A stretch of DNA of 63,993 nucleotides, filler included, from Basidiobolus ranarum (lineage: Eukaryota), in NCBI GenBank assembly GCA_040143965.1. It is 4 parts of 4 records of this genome, joined end to end, with 100 filler letters (N's around TTAATTAATTAA, not from the genome) between each part and the next. Parts side by side here need not be neighbours in the genome. Positions count along the whole stretch, not along the records: positions 16,279 to 32,424 come from JASJQH010000352.1; positions 32,525 to 48,658 come from JASJQH010000353.1; 2 more parts are not named here. One strand, 5' to 3'. The position numbers and the translations under genes were made by a program. The notes beneath the pieces were generated by a model. That model made no database searches, was not told where the DNA came from, and saw only the letters and a program-made list of their open reading frames with translations. The number at the start of each line of letters is the position of its first letter. The stretch's first letter is position 1. Of this stretch, positions 23,061-36,819 are shown one piece after another.

Positions 23061-25602
23061 GTTGTTGAAGCAATGAATGTGGAGATGATTAATGAATTGG
23101 CAACATTGCGCTAGCCCTATTTATATACAACTGTGAATTCCTCGTCCGTGCTGGCTCTCATGTATTACAAAAAAATCACTTTATCAATCGTCATTGTAGT
23201 CAAAACCATGAATTCCTAATGGACAAGTTATCAACAGGATTTACTACCAAAATGATTGTTGATAATTTTGCGGTTAATAAGCCATTGGATAGATACTCTA
23301 GAGGCCAATATGCGATTGGCCACCAAGTGATTTGTTAGTAGCAAATATGGTATGTCTCGATTTAGACAATGAGCTGATGATTCTTTCAGGTATATAGTGC
23401 TAGTTGTCAGCAGACCTGGTATCCAGTTAGATGATCCATTCTTCGCAGTAAAGTAGTCGAGGCTCAAACGCACTGCTAATGAAATCCTTAACACCTATGA
23501 AAGAATTTTTTTGAGAGGAATAACAGATTTGGTAGTTTCAGATTTCAATTAAGAAACACTCTAGTATACCAATTGATAGTAATATTTGAATGAGAGATGA
23601 GCTTGAGTAGCAGTAATTTATTCTTGTAGTTAATTGTGGCAAGTAGAGCAATAAAATATGTAATTCTGACCCACTATTGCATATGTCTGTTGGTACGACT
23701 ACTGCTTTGATTGAAATACTTGTTAGGCATCTCTGTGTACGAATGATTTAGATGGTGTATATACAGCTCTCAGTAAATGATGCATTTCGATATAATAATG
23801 TGTTGAGGGTTAGAAGTTCATACTTTCATGTTAAATATAACGAGTGAGATAATTTTCCAGGGAGACCAAAGATATATCGAATTCCCTTGATCCTCTCTTG
23901 GTAATATCCTTATACCTTCAGCAAGAGTAAGATTGCATAATCTTGTGTATGCTAGTAGAGATAATTCAATCATTCCAACTTCATAATAATCATTGAAAGA
24001 ATTGGTATAGATAATACCCTAAAACCCTTCTCGTATACACTATACAATTTACTACAGCATCTCGTATATCCCTCGAATACTTAACGTATTTATCATCCAT
24101 TCACGTCGGTCCATTCATCAGAGTGCCTTTATGTCTAGTGTACTCTTGTCATTTTAGTAGGGTTATTCTTCAAAATGGTTACCTTTTGTAGTACACAGAT
24201 GTAGGCCTATAAGACATTTTCACTAAAGACAACTGAGCACAGCATGTTTAATGCCAAGAGAAGAGCCTACCACGGTCCAAGATTACCGACTGGAAAAGAA
24301 ATCTATAAATGACTTATTGTAGGTGTATTGAGTCTGCGATTGGTGGACCGTCTATACTAACTTAGGTTGAGGTTTTTTCACTTGAACAGGCTAAGTAGAG
24401 TACTAACCAAGATCGTATTTAGACAAGTGTAATAGCACCTAATCCTAGGAATCCTAGGATGATGGAACGTACTGATAAACGTATTTATGTAACAAATAAA
24501 ATACTGACGTTATACTCGCGGTTCGGCAACCACCAGCTCTCTAAGTATCGAATAATAGTAATATAAAAGTGGTGATGTTATAATACAAAGGCACCTAAAT
24601 ATATATCAGATCTATTCTTATTATCTAAGTATTTCATAAGTTGAATATGAAATAAGAACTTTGCGCTCAGCCTACAAATATTAAGAAGGGACAACGACTT
24701 TCTTATTTAAAAGTAGCTAGCCATTCCCCGATCTCACTTACCATTTCACCTACTGCAGCAATACTGTTGTATTGTAGTGTTTTGAAATCAAATCAGAGTG
24801 GCATTCCAATATTCTCCTCAATATCCAGCTTACAATCAGGTCATATTCATGTGTGACTTACCAGGAATAAAGCACTAGTAATCACTATTAGTATCTATTT
24901 CTCTATTCTCAACATTCTATTCTTCCACATGGATGCTAGCAATAATTTGATTCATTATTTCTCTTCCGGAATACCCTCAACTTAGCAACTAGGTGTCCCC
25001 TAGCCAGGGCCTTAAATTCCATGTGAGTAGGCTGGACAATATGTGGTTGGAAATACTTTAGATATCTGGACTGCAAACTTTGATAACATTTTTCTAATGT
25101 TACAAATTATTCATAGGGCTTATTCTTGAGATACAGTGGGGAAGTGAACCCCAAAATTAAAAGTATCTGAAACTATTGCTTCATCCAAGCGTCATGTGGG
25201 TATAAATATCGGTATGATGTCAGTTTCATCGATTTCCTAGAATCCATAATATATATCTATTCTTAGCAATTACCTTATCAGATGATAGCCAGACTTGGTG
25301 CCCCGCATAATTCCGTATATGGTAGTAGCATAGCCGAGGAACTCCGCCTTACCAGGTTGCAGCTATTTCTAGCTTATCAAACGGATGTAGGGAATTTACT
25401 ATTACCCCCCCCCAAAGAGCTCGGTAAGCAATGCCAAGTTATCGCTTGAACATGATTTATCTGGGCTAGTTGAATAAAAAGTGTATGCCAGTCTGCCAGT
25501 AATTTAGGTAATGATACAATTTATTTATCTACAAGCGTTGTGTTTTATCAAAATGAATGCAAAAACTCGTATATACAAAACGAAATCTAAAGATTTTCAC
25601 CG

Positions 25603-26232
25603 TCAATTAGTATGGTGGATGGTTCTTGAGGCAGGTGGAGGATATGTTGAGATATTGGGGTACATCAAATGCTCAACGAGTTCAGAGAAGCTAGGTAAAC
25701 TCGGTACATGACAATCACTATCTGATCCAATAGGCTCGCTCTTGTAACTATACATTGGTGCTATGGTTGGTGATACTTGAGGAGAGGAATGTGGAGTCAA
25801 AATGGATTTATCACTATCAGAGTTAGGTGTATCAGAACGCGAAAATGTCGTAAGTCTAGTTTTCTCGGCTGGTGGGCTACCAGAGAGCCTGGGATTAGGT
25901 ATGTAGATAGCATTTAGAGATAGAGGCTGGATTCTTATAGAGGCCTCTACAGTGTGACTCTTTGGTTTACGACCTCGCTTGCTAGGCCTAGTGTGGATTT
26001 TCTCATGGCGAAGTAACTCATCGAGTCGAGAAAACCGCTTTGAACAGTTAGTATGGGTACATTCGTGTGGTTTCTCGCCTGTATGAATTCGAATGTGACG
26101 GGCTCTATGTTCAATACGATAGAATGCTTTTTCACATAAAGGACATTGATAAGGTCTAGGGATTTCAGACTTGTCCATGGTGGCAAGTAAAGCCGATGCA
26201 GCTTCGGGAGAAACTAACTTATTTGTCTCCAT
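25603..26232 (-). CDS. CreA/Mig1-like C2H2 zinc-finger transcription factor
   Basis: [33 protein letters not shown]...[18 protein letters not shown], a Ser/Pro-rich tail and a LPSFSEL motif. Start taken at METNK; an upstream in-frame ATG at 26313 is also possible. Confidence 0.85.
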   Translation of the reverse strand: METNKLVSPEAASALLATMDKSEIPRPYQCPLCEKAFYRIEHRARHIRIHTGEKPHECTHTNCSKRFSRLDELLRHEKIHTRPSKRGRKPKSHTVEASIRIQPLSLNAIYIPNPRLSGSPPAEKTRLTTFSRSDTPNSDSDKSILTPHSSPQVSPTIAPMYSYKSEPIGSDSDCHVPSLPSFSELVEHLMYPNISTYPPPASRTIHHTN

Positions 26233-26362
26233 GACGCTAGAGGTGGATAGAAAAACGATAATAGTGGATGAATCTGAGCAGCCGGAAGCGAAGTTTATAT
26301 GTAGTCCACTCATACTCTGGGACTAATGACTCTTCCCTTCTCATCACCAATCGTATTTGTCT

Positions 26363-26916
26363 GTGGGGATTAAATAACTTATCAGATGTTACTTTGGTGC
26401 GACTCTACTTACGAATGAGTGGGTTTACTCGGTGAATAATTTTGTTTAAACAGAGCTAAATCTCTCCAAATCAGGGCAACAGAAAGCAGGATTTATATGG
26501 GGTCTGATACAGTCCAAGTGGGTCAAAGATATTGACCAACCAACAGTCAATCTGATATGTGAATAGCGTAATCAGATGTGGGTGTTGATTCATCGCTGAT
26601 TATTTATCCAATCTACGGCTTTATTTCCATTTAGTGGTGCCACCTCGTCTCCACATCATTTGTAGCAGCAGGCTTGGGCGGGAAAAATGACCAGATGCAA
26701 CTACCGGTTCTACAACTGGGGAAGCATCTTCTCACCAATTAATCCGACAAGTAGCCACTATCAGATCCAACGTCGTCATTCCATAAGCAGTCTTCGTGCT
26801 GGTTTTTTGGCTCGATCAACATCAAGGGTGGAGCTCTTATTTCTCCATATGTCGGTTCGATTGTAACGGAGCATGGGGCTCCATCTTTGGCAAGTCAGTG
26901 GCACCTGATCTGATAG
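26363..26916. promoter_or_regulatory. Cluster of ATCWGATAW-like GATA elements and SYGGRG elements upstream of the CreA-like gene
   Basis: ATCTGATAA (rc 26379-26387), ATCTGATAT (26550), ATCTGATTA (rc 26569), ATCTGATAG (rc 26758 and 26908). SYGGRG at 26363, 26649 (rc), 26716 and 26828. Confidence 0.45.
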
Positions 26917-27589
26917 GACGTGGGCGATACTATTCAATAGCTTGCCATGGCATGGATTATAACTTGCTTTGTGAATTGAATTGAATTGATGAGTTGGATA
27001 AATTGTTTAATCTGTGTTCTAAGGGATTTCTCAATTTCCAACCATCTGACATACGAGACAAGCCCATATAGTACCATTAATTCTCTGTGGGACCCTTGAC
27101 CCCATCTCTAGCGAAATGTTCACACATTTGACTTCTTTATTCCTACCACAGTATCACACTACATAAAGATTATGGCTTATGGGCCGTATTTTGCTATTGA
27201 GGAGAACGAATAGCTACTAGGATTTCTCACAAGCAACGTACTGGACAATTCCAAAATACTAACTAAATGATTAGTAATCGCCTATGAACCATCTAAGGAA
27301 ACTTGATTTGGAAATAAAGGAGTAATGAATCCTCACTGTATTTGTTTCAGTCCTCTAACCTCAGCTTCATCCCTCACCCCTATACTTCTGATTAATTCTG
27401 GCATTTGGTGGCTTATTCAAGTCAGGTTTTGAGTTCTCTCCCCTCTCTATGTCAATAAAGGCTAATTTAAACACATTGAATAGATATTGACACTTTTCTG
27501 CATTAATATACCAAAGTCTTTGCTTACATAGTGCTCAAGCAACGAACAAAAAGCAAACTTTATAGTTGTAGTACAGTCAGATATATTTC

Positions 27590-29035
27590 ATGGTAGCAAA
27601 CAGTCCGCAGCTCTCCCCACCTACCTATTTGAGCTCACAAGAAGTACCGAATGAACCCTTGAGAGTGGGATGCAAACTTTTCGTAGAAAAAATTATGGGC
27701 CCGAATGATGTTCAATATCGTAAAGCTGAAGTATTATCCATAAGACAACTAGAAAGTTCGACTCTTTCGGAGTATTATGTGCACTACGTCGAATTTAATA
27801 AGCGCCTGGATGAATGGGTAGCTAGTTCAAGACTAGATTTAACCAAAGGAGTGGAGTTTCCAAAAATTATAAAAGGGAAACTCTCCGCAACCGGTCTTCC
27901 AGAGACTTCCGGGAGAGGCCGTAGAGCTTCTAAACTATCTAGTTCAGGCCCTGGAAGAAAACGAAAGTTCTCAATTCAGCATTCACCAAGCCCTGTGTTG
28001 TGCGAGGAAAGCCCTTCAACCACAGCCTCCCCTATCTACGACAAGCTAGGGGAGGAAGGCGATAATCAAGATCCTCTGGAAAATAGGAGACGAGATTCTA
28101 TGCTGATAGAGACATTCTCCAAAGAAAAAGAGATTGAAAAGCTACGTACTTCAGGATCAATGACGCAGTGTATCAATGAAGTTGCTCGAGTCAAGAACTT
28201 AAATCGTATCCAAATGGGCAAATATGAAATTGAAGGATGGTACTTCTCTCCTTATCCTCCGCAATATGCACACGCAGAACTTATATACATATGTGAGTTC
28301 TGTTTATGTTATTTCTTATCGCTTAAGACATTCTCACGGCACCGAATAAAGTGTACCCTACTCCATCCTCCTGGCAATGAGATCTATCGACACGAGGATA
28401 TATCATTTTTCGAAATCGATGGACGTAAACAACGAACGTATTGCCGGAATCTCTCATTGCTCTCCAAGCTATTTCTGGATCACAAAACCTTGTATTACGA
28501 TGTAGATCCTTTCTTATTCTACATTATGACCAAAAACGACGAATACGGTGCACATATAATCGGATACTTTTCTAAAGAGAAAGAGTCTCTAGAAGAATAC
28601 AATCTAGCATGTATACTGACCTTACCACAATACCAACGTATGGGATTTGGGAAGCTCCTCATCTCCTTTTCGTATGAACTTTCAAAGATAGAAGGGAAAA
28701 TCGGATCACCTGAAAAACCACTGTCAGACCTCGGCCTGTTAAGCTACCGTGCCTATTGGGCTGAAACAATTGTAGGGCTTTTGATTGAATTCAAAGGGGA
28801 GACTACGCTAAATGATATATCCACGACCACCTCAATTACCGTTCAGGATGTTATGCACACGCTACAAAGCATCGACTCGCTCAAGTACTATCATGGACAA
28901 CATATCATATGCTTGAATGACAAAGTGGTCAAGCACTACTATTCCACCCAAGCAAAGCCCAGACGCTCCATTGAGCCTTCAGTTATAAGCTGGAAACCGC
29001 CTGTATTTACCTCTGCTCAATTGAGATTCCTGTAA
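27590..29035 (+). CDS. ESA1: MYST-family histone acetyltransferase Esa1/Tip60
   Basis: Tudor-knot chromodomain (YYVHYVEFNKRLDEWV), WYFSPYP, C2HC finger, HPPGNEIYR, KLFLDHKTLYYDVDPFLFY, QRMGFGKLLI and GSPEKPLSDLG. Confidence 0.95.
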   Translation: MVANSPQLSPPTYLSSQEVPNEPLRVGCKLFVEKIMGPNDVQYRKAEVLSIRQLESSTLSEYYVHYVEFNKRLDEWVASSRLDLTKGVEFPKIIKGKLSATGLPETSGRGRRASKLSSSGPGRKRKFSIQHSPSPVLCEESPSTTASPIYDKLGEEGDNQDPLENRRRDSMLIETFSKEKEIEKLRTSGSMTQCINEVARVKNLNRIQMGKYEIEGWYFSPYPPQYAHAELIYICEFCLCYFLSLKTFSRHRIKCTLLHPPGNEIYRHEDISFFEIDGRKQRTYCRNLSLLSKLFLDHKTLYYDVDPFLFYIMTKNDEYGAHIIGYFSKEKESLEEYNLACILTLPQYQRMGFGKLLISFSYELSKIEGKIGSPEKPLSDLGLLSYRAYWAETIVGLLIEFKGETTLNDISTTTSITVQDVMHTLQSIDSLKYYHGQHIICLNDKVVKHYYSTQAKPRRSIEPSVISWKPPVFTSAQLRFL

Positions 29036-29663
29036 ACAACGGCACGTTTCTTCCGCTTCTTTGTAAAGGTATTCCTTAATGTAATCTCCTTGTATTGTAC
29101 TCGTCATTGCCTCCACTCCATTCATACTAATTCACACTATTCCTGTACTTCGCACACGATGGTATCTCATCACAACGTCATGATATATGACGTTAATTAG
29201 ATAAGAACTTTCCATTTTTAGCCAGATTATGTAGAATATATTTTGTTAATCAAGCTTAGTAGTACAGCTGGTGAAGTAATTTAACACTTGACTTCATCTT
29301 TACTGTATTTGTCAAATGGAAGTATTTTCGCCACTAATGATCAGGAGTGAATTGAGGTAGCCTAACAGTTAGCTACGTTCGTGGTAGAATTTGGATGTTG
29401 TCGATCATAGTAGAATGCATATATATATTATGGTTGAATACTCGATATGGAAATACGTTGAATTAAAATTGATTTGCCATATATTGTTTCCTAGCAGTTA
29501 GCAGTCAAAATTTTCAATTGTTCTTGGTAGCTATTCATATTTAATGAGGGTAAGGAGTAATATATACATACATAGAGAAGGTTCAACCTTGATTATAGCT
29601 TCTTTGTCCTATAATATTTCTGAATTTTTTGTTAAACAGTTATCCTGAGAACGTATTCATTAC

Positions 29664-32424
29664 ATGAGCTGGGAGTTTGACCCACAAGATGTACCACTTT
29701 CGCGTATGTTGAGTAACCACTCCGCGGAGGAAAATAGACCAGGCTTTTTCGATTTAAGCACTTCAGACGATATAGCCACTAGAATGCAGGAATATACTCA
29801 AGTACCAAAGCAACGTCCAAAAAACTCTCTCCTAAATGAAAATTGGCCGAAGAGTACAAGTAGCAGGTCCTTTCCTTCCACAAGCCAGTATCTTGAACCA
29901 CAGCATAGTCATTTAGCACACTCGACCAATCCAATAGTTACTGTAACTGATTGGACAGATCCCTTGCAAGCAGGTAAAAGCTATGAAGAACCAGATACTC
30001 CATTAACATCAGCAAGATCCTCAGTTTCTGATTCAAGCAATATCCCTTCCTCTTGGAGCAACCAGTCGAATAAGGACAAACACAAACAGATGTCTGTCTG
30101 TTCAGATTCTCTCGCGGAGCAAGACATGGAATACGATGGTAAACCACCCGTACTTCTTGATTCCCAAGCACGTTCAAAGCAACCTGTAGATATTAAACCG
30201 AAAAGAAACTTTTTAATGCGAATACTCGCGTATACTAAAGAGTCTGTTGTAAATTCACTTACTACAAGTGCGTTTCACTCCTTGATTCGTTGCTTATTCG
30301 CCTTTGTTGTCATTAGTCTTCTAATGATTATCCCTAGTACCTCGAGATGGATTGGGCCTGTAAATATTCTAACTTGTTCTGGCTTGGTATTTTTTCCACC
30401 AATTAGGACATTGGGTGCTCAGTTTGAAGCCTCTGTGTTAGGTATCCTATTTATCATGATTTCGTGTGCATACAGTTACGCTGCTTTGGCCAGCTTAGTT
30501 GCATACAATTCTCGAGATAATGCACAGGACTATGGCGCGCCATTGATTACTGCCGCTTTCATCATCTTTGCAACGCTCGTCTTGGGATATTTGAGAACAA
30601 AGTATACCAGATTATACACCCCATGTGTAGCTGCTCAAGTGACTCTCTTTTTCGCTTTATTCTCGAACTTAAGAATAACCGAGCTGAGTTTCTTGATCGT
30701 TTGGAACATACATAAACCACTTTTGCTGGCAGTTGGCATTACTTTCCTTTGCAGCTTTTTCATCTTCCCACAAAGTGCGACAGGAAAACTGGCGTAAGTA
30801 TGAATTACCATTCATATGGTACCTTTAATACTTTCATTAACTGGTAATTTCCTTATTTTTGACAGTGATGAGACTCAAAATGCGTTGAACTTGACCAGTG
30901 AACTATTGGAAAATATTTCGAAGACATTCTTGGTTGCCGGAGATGATATCAAATTGCCAGAAGAATTGGAGGTTACGAGGCTGAGCTTGCGTAGCTCTTT
31001 GGGGTCGTTAAACGCTGTAGGCAGAGAAGCAATGTATGAATTATCGGTTGATCGGTGCGCACCGTGGGATTACAATTGGATTGGCTCCACATTGACGACT
31101 GTTGGACAGACTCTCGGTAGTATGCTGCTCTTGGTATTTAAAGAGCGGGCAATTCTCCCAAGCGATCCACATGCACCATCATTATCCAGCTCACTTGTTA
31201 GAAATGATACCCTTGTGGTTCAAATACGGAAAAATCAGGAATTCAGTATCTCTGACGATCGCATCTACAAGGCTCTATTGAACACGGTTAGAGACCCTGT
31301 CGCCCGAATAGTTCGTGTCTGTTGTCGAGTCATCAGCCACATACAAGATCAACTAAAGTCCAAGCATTCCGATAGCGATTCAACAGGTCCAAACGGGCAA
31401 TATGGTCGAACAGATGTGAACACTTCGTTAGTTAACAATTCTGAGGCTCACAGTACAATTGACGAGTTAGAGCACGCCATCAAAGAGTTCGATACCACCG
31501 AGGTATTGTGTCGTCATGCTCTCAAGGAGATGGGTCTAGACACAAAACCACGTGATGAGCTATTCATGGTCTTCACTTTTCTATTTTGTATCAGAGAAAT
31601 CGCTCGCAAACTTTTGAAATTAGCTAAATTCCAGAAAGAACTTTGCAAACTTCGAGTTACTAAGAAACGAATTTGGTGGCCGGCAGTGGGTATTTTCACT
31701 TTACTGAGTGCACCCAGATACGACGATATTATCAATACCCCAGAGAAAGGTTCGTTTGACATGAGGATCACCCCGTTTCTACTTGAAATTTACTTAAATG
31801 CTGGTTACTTTGCTAGATATAGACTTAGTAGAGCAAGATAACCTTGCCCCTTCCCGTAATGCCGAGATGCATCAACATTTACGATATCGTTTGTGGCAAT
31901 TCTTGATGTGGTTTCAAAACCCCGAATTCAAATTCAGTATCAAATTCACGCTAGCTCTCTGCTTAGTCGCTATTCCAGCTTTCGTTTCGAGCACTTACGA
32001 TTGGTTCCTGCAAGTCCATGGAAATTGGGGCTTAGTGACAGTAAGGCAGCATAACTTCGCAAGCACATTCGCTATTACAAAATCTAACATCAGATTTTAT
32101 TTGTTTCCAGGTTTGCTTGGTAATGAACCAGACTGTTGGGTCTACGATAAGCGTTGGTATTTATCGTATTATTGGTACTATTGTAGGGGGGTTTTGGGGA
32201 TATCTTGGTTGGCTTGCGAGTCAAGGAAACCCTTACATCATTGCAGTCTTCACATATGTTATTGGTAAGTGCTACATTTGTGATTACTCCGTTTGTGAAT
32301 CAATCAGCATCACTAATGGCAAGAAATATTGTATCCACCGTAGCTATCCCGTGCTGGTATTTCTTTATCACTAAACCGCAAACCTAGTTACCCACTGTAT
32401 CATTGATCACCTACATGGCAATTA
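29664..32424 (+). CDS. FUSC/aromatic acid exporter-like (ArAE_2/Bre4-like) membrane protein, 3' end cut by contig end
   Basis: Multi-exon gene with FFPPIRTLGAQFEA, a TM cluster, FIFPQSA, EAMYELS, VFTFLFCIREIA, FKFSIKF...IPAF, GNWGLVT and VG.TI..GIYRIIGTIVGGFWGY. An in-frame TAG sits at 32385 close to the contig end. Confidence 0.8.
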
Positions 32425-32524
32425 NNNNNNNNNNNNNNNNNNNNNNNNNNNNNNNNNNNNNNNNNNNNTTAATTAATTAANNNNNNNNNNNNNNNNNNNN
32501 NNNNNNNNNNNNNNNNNNNNNNNN
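32425..32524. other. Artificial contig linker
   Basis: N44-TTAATTAATTAA-N44. Confidence 0.95.
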
Positions 32525-33629
32525 TGTATGTATGATCCTTGAAATGGAATTGACTAGCACAGGGGGGCAAGGATAGGGTCACAAATCCATGAAAGGCCGA
32601 GAAACGAACAGAAGTAACACCAACTAATAAATTTACAAAATTATGAAATGTTGATTCGTAATCATCTTAGAGTATGGGCTTGATGACTTGCTGAGGCATC
32701 CTTTATTAGTACAAAGGGTGCCATTGGTTGCAGAGCTTCTTTTTGCTATTGCCGTGGGAAATTTCCTAGTTGCTGAAAATCATCCACATATATCTGAGTA
32801 AACTTGAGTTCAACTTTTCCCATAAATTGGTGATACTGACTTGCAGTCATCAAATGGGCTAAATGATTGGCCCGATTTTCCATGGAGGCTAGACATTAGC
32901 AACCACCTTCACAGAATGAATCTTCGAGACTTGGCTCTCTCATGAACTGGCCCAGTTCATGGCAAAAGGTCTTCCTTAGTCGATTATAATGCTGGTCTGC
33001 TTACTCATTGGCCAGTATGGTCAGGACTGTAAATATCTCACTCAGTCCACTTCACGTGGCGTGTGATTAAGTTGCGCACCTCCTTACTTGGTGAGTTACT
33101 GACTGAAAGATGCTGGGTGATATCTTTTGTGAGCATTCCGCAGATACAAGGAGTTTTCTTGACAAAGAGTCGTCTCGTTAGCTTTGTGTGGGAAGTTTCA
33201 ATCACTTCGCGCAAGGGCTAAAGGTTTGGACCCTACTACAAAAATGGGGTCTGTCTTAGATTTCATACTTTAGAGAAACGAGAGTGGTTCCAATCCTTGA
33301 ATGGTGCTATGATCTATAGAAGCCGAGGTATATTGTCGACTCGTTCTACAGTCACATTTTGGTCACGGATTTCAATTATATTTAGTCATGAACGAGTTTT
33401 GCATGTTTGAATACGTATTAGATCAAATCGTTCTCCAATTGGATACTCGGGTTGCTTTAATATAGTTATTAGTCCACTATAGAATCAGCAGTCACGCATT
33501 TATCCTTCTTTCATGCCACTATTCCGCTTCCGATAAAGCATTACGAGTCAACTCTACTCAAAATAAATTCAACTATCCCTTCTTTGGTTCTCTAGATTTC
33601 CCAGCGCGACGATTAAACCAGATATCACT

Positions 33630-34409
33630 ATGTCCAAGAACCACCGTAAAGTAGTCATTGCCATTGATCCAAACTCCCCTCAAACCACCTATGTGCTTAC
33701 TTGGGCTGTTGAGAATTTTTTGTCAGCAGATAGAGACCAAGTAGAAGTTGTAACTGGACACCTTTTAAATGCTGACTATGATCCAAATGCTACAGGTATA
33801 TATAAGTATAGTTGAACAAACATCCCAGTGATGGATCTCTAAAGTAACTCCACATTCTAGACAATTTATATGTTGGAGAGTACTTGACTGAGATAGAGCA
33901 AGAGGTATGTCTTCAGGATACACTCGAATTTATAGCAGAAATATGCTTAAACTTTCACTCTTTCTGTTTAGACTGAGAAGAAACTGTTAGAAAAACTTGA
34001 AAAACAAACTGACATTCTGAGAGATGCGAAGGTAAACGTCCGAATGAGTTTCTTTATCTAAATTGAATTTCAATATTCTTTGTGTACCAGTAAACCTAAT
34101 TATTTATGTTTGTGTATTAGATTCAATATAGTATCAAACTCTTAACTTGTCAAACTGATACCAGAAAATGTCTTTCAGATCATATTGAAGATGTTAAAGC
34201 TGACGTACTGTTAATTGGAAATCGGGATCTTAGCCATTGGAAAAGGTACGTTAGATGGGGGATCTTCTATGGATTCATTTAAGCTAAGCCTAAAACAACA
34301 CCATATACACAGGATGTGGCTCGGAAGCTTCTGTGATTTCTTGGTACATTCAGTTCATTGCCCAGTAGTAGTGATCAAACCTCCTAGAGATAGGGAAACT
34401 ACTGCATAG
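33630..34409 (+). CDS. Universal stress protein (UspA domain), about 5 exons
   Basis: RKVVIAID...LTWAVENF at the N-terminus and ADVLLIGNRDLSHWK/RMWLGSFCDFLVHSVHCPVVVIK at the C-terminus, joined through GT-AG introns. Confidence 0.85.
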
Positions 34410-36819
34410 TTCGAAGCTTTGAAGCAAAGCTTCTTCATTAATTGGCGAGTGTACTAATATCTAAGATACGACACGAACTAAAGGCTTATTTGAATACCTT
34501 GCTTACCCATTATCCTATCCTTTATGTGACGTTATTAATCTTATTCATTAAAGATACAGCCGCAATAACCTGATAGCATTCACACCAAACTATGAAGAAA
34601 TAACCATTTATGAAGGCAAACTAGGAATATAATAATCGTTAACATTCTAGCAATCAGAATAGACAGGTTGTAAAGTTTGGCTATGATGAGTGATGGACAT
34701 TGTTTCCTAATCCCCGCTGCATCTACAAATAGTTCAAAATGGAAGGATTCTGATAGACAGGAGATTTAAGGATTTCATGGTCAAGCTAAACTATCGAGTT
34801 GTACCAAGTTCATCATAAACAAGTGTATAACCATAGAAATGACCCAGTTCCAAAATAGTACTCATCATTTAGGATCTGGATCAAACCCATTGATGTAACA
34901 CGAAAGCTCAGTCAAATTTATGCATGAAAAATATGTACACACCTTTGAAATATTTCTACGGCAGGAACATTCAAAGCTTCTGCTATTTTACAATAGATAT
35001 TCAGCTAAGGATATAACTTTTGGCAATCAAAATTAGAAACGCAAAAAACAAGTACAAATGTGACCGGAAAATTCATAAAGGCACTATATCGTTAGTATTC
35101 AGGAGCGTTCGCAAGCTATTGTGAGTACATTGGCCTGGTATAACAATGCATAAAAATCTGACAGATCGATTTTGTGCACATATTCAGCACCATATTTTTT
35201 AATAGAAACTCTCAAGATTTAATATTAGAGATTCTCGCCATGCAGTCCAAGATTCTATCTCGCTTCCCTACGAATAGCAGGATAAGAAACTCTAAACTCG
35301 AGCAGAAGTATAGGAGAAATATAGGTGCCATAGTCATAGAGCTTGGCAAATCTAAAGCATTGCCTGCCTATTACATGCATATATTTGGTTTAGAATTTGG
35401 ATGTAACTATGCATTGGTGACAAAGGTAATCCTTGAGATCGGATACCACAGCTATGCTTAGCCATGAAAGATCATTGATGTCAATCTTTTTTGGAACCTA
35501 CTGATATCCCAGATACTGGTGTTACTCAGGGTCTCCTTAGGTTTGTACTTGGCTCCAGATTAGAAATATGCCTTCTTCATGGTAATAATAAAATGCTAGT
35601 ACTTTCCAAAAACCTCTTTATGGTACTGTTCCTCATTATCTTATATTAAAGGTAATGTTGAATCTTATGGCGTACCATTTGGATATCTTCGAGGAAGCAC
35701 AGTCGGAGCTAAGATCTCTCCGATCAAATCTTGTTAGTATCAAATCACGGCAATATAGCGAGCAAAGCTTATTACATCGTTGAAGTACTGTCAGTGAAGA
35801 TGTTTTGCAGTACTAGTCTGTATCGGTTATTTCTGTAACAGAAAGATGAAGAAATTTGCTCATCATTCGCAAGTCGGCTCTAGTCACCGTTTTTTCACTG
35901 AAATTCAATGCAGATCGCAGGCGAAACTGGTTTGGTAACAACTACAATCCCTTGCTACTGGATTTTGAGATTGCAAGTAGAGTGACTTCCGGTAATGGCC
36001 ATGAACACTGAATTGCTTTTTAGTAAAGCAGTTCTTGACATCTCTCTATCGTGCTTAGTCATATATCATTAGACGTAGCCCTACTTCTATTCCATCCCGT
36101 GGAGCTATTAGCAGGCAACAAGTTTCGGCATTTATAAGGTTTATTTGTTCTAAATCAACATTTACCAAATATAGTTAACTTCCTAAAATCAGCAAACATT
36201 CAATGCAATGGAAGCTTTAGACGTTTGTACGTATATTAAATCGAGTTGGTATTGGACTGATAATGGTAAGATCCATGTAGTTAGTAAGGAAGCAGAGTTT
36301 TGTACCAAAAGCATAACCAGCCTCCACAGCAGGTGTAGTAGTTTCGTTACACTCTATTGGTCAGCTTGGATCCATGAAATACGCAATATTGAGTAGAGAT
36401 TATCATCATAACAGAGCATCTAAAAATTAAGAAAATCTAATGCACATAAGCCCGCTTGGTCTACGCGACCTACAGCATCGGGCAATAAAGCGAATTTCAG
36501 TAGTAATCAAACACTACTCAATAGCATTACTTGCGGAGATACCTTTCCTAGTGAAAATTCAGCTCACAAAACACGAGAAAGACCGAAGTTGGCCGCGTTA
36601 CGTACGGACGAATTCAGGCATCGGTAAGATATACTGAGATCAATTCTCCGATTCAAAGCAGTAAGCACCGCTGTATAAAAGGTAAACGAAGGCGATTTAT
36701 CTCCACTATACTCACATTTCGCTCTCTACATTACTTCTCGTGACTTTTCAACCGAAGTATTCTAGACTATCCCTATCCGTTATTTCGTACTATATATCTC
36801 TTATATTTAGATACTAATT

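Noticed and set aside
32385-32387. Premature TAG in the FUSC/ArAE gene (readthrough or pseudogene)
   Set aside because: It is only 37 bp from the contig end and the frame continues as a plausible TM helix. A base error is at least as likely and this cannot be resolved without reads.
35040-35600. Possible decayed protein-kinase gene (KYK..RKIHKGTISLVFR, LYLAPD)
   Set aside because: No HRD or DFG motif is recoverable; the resemblance is too weak.
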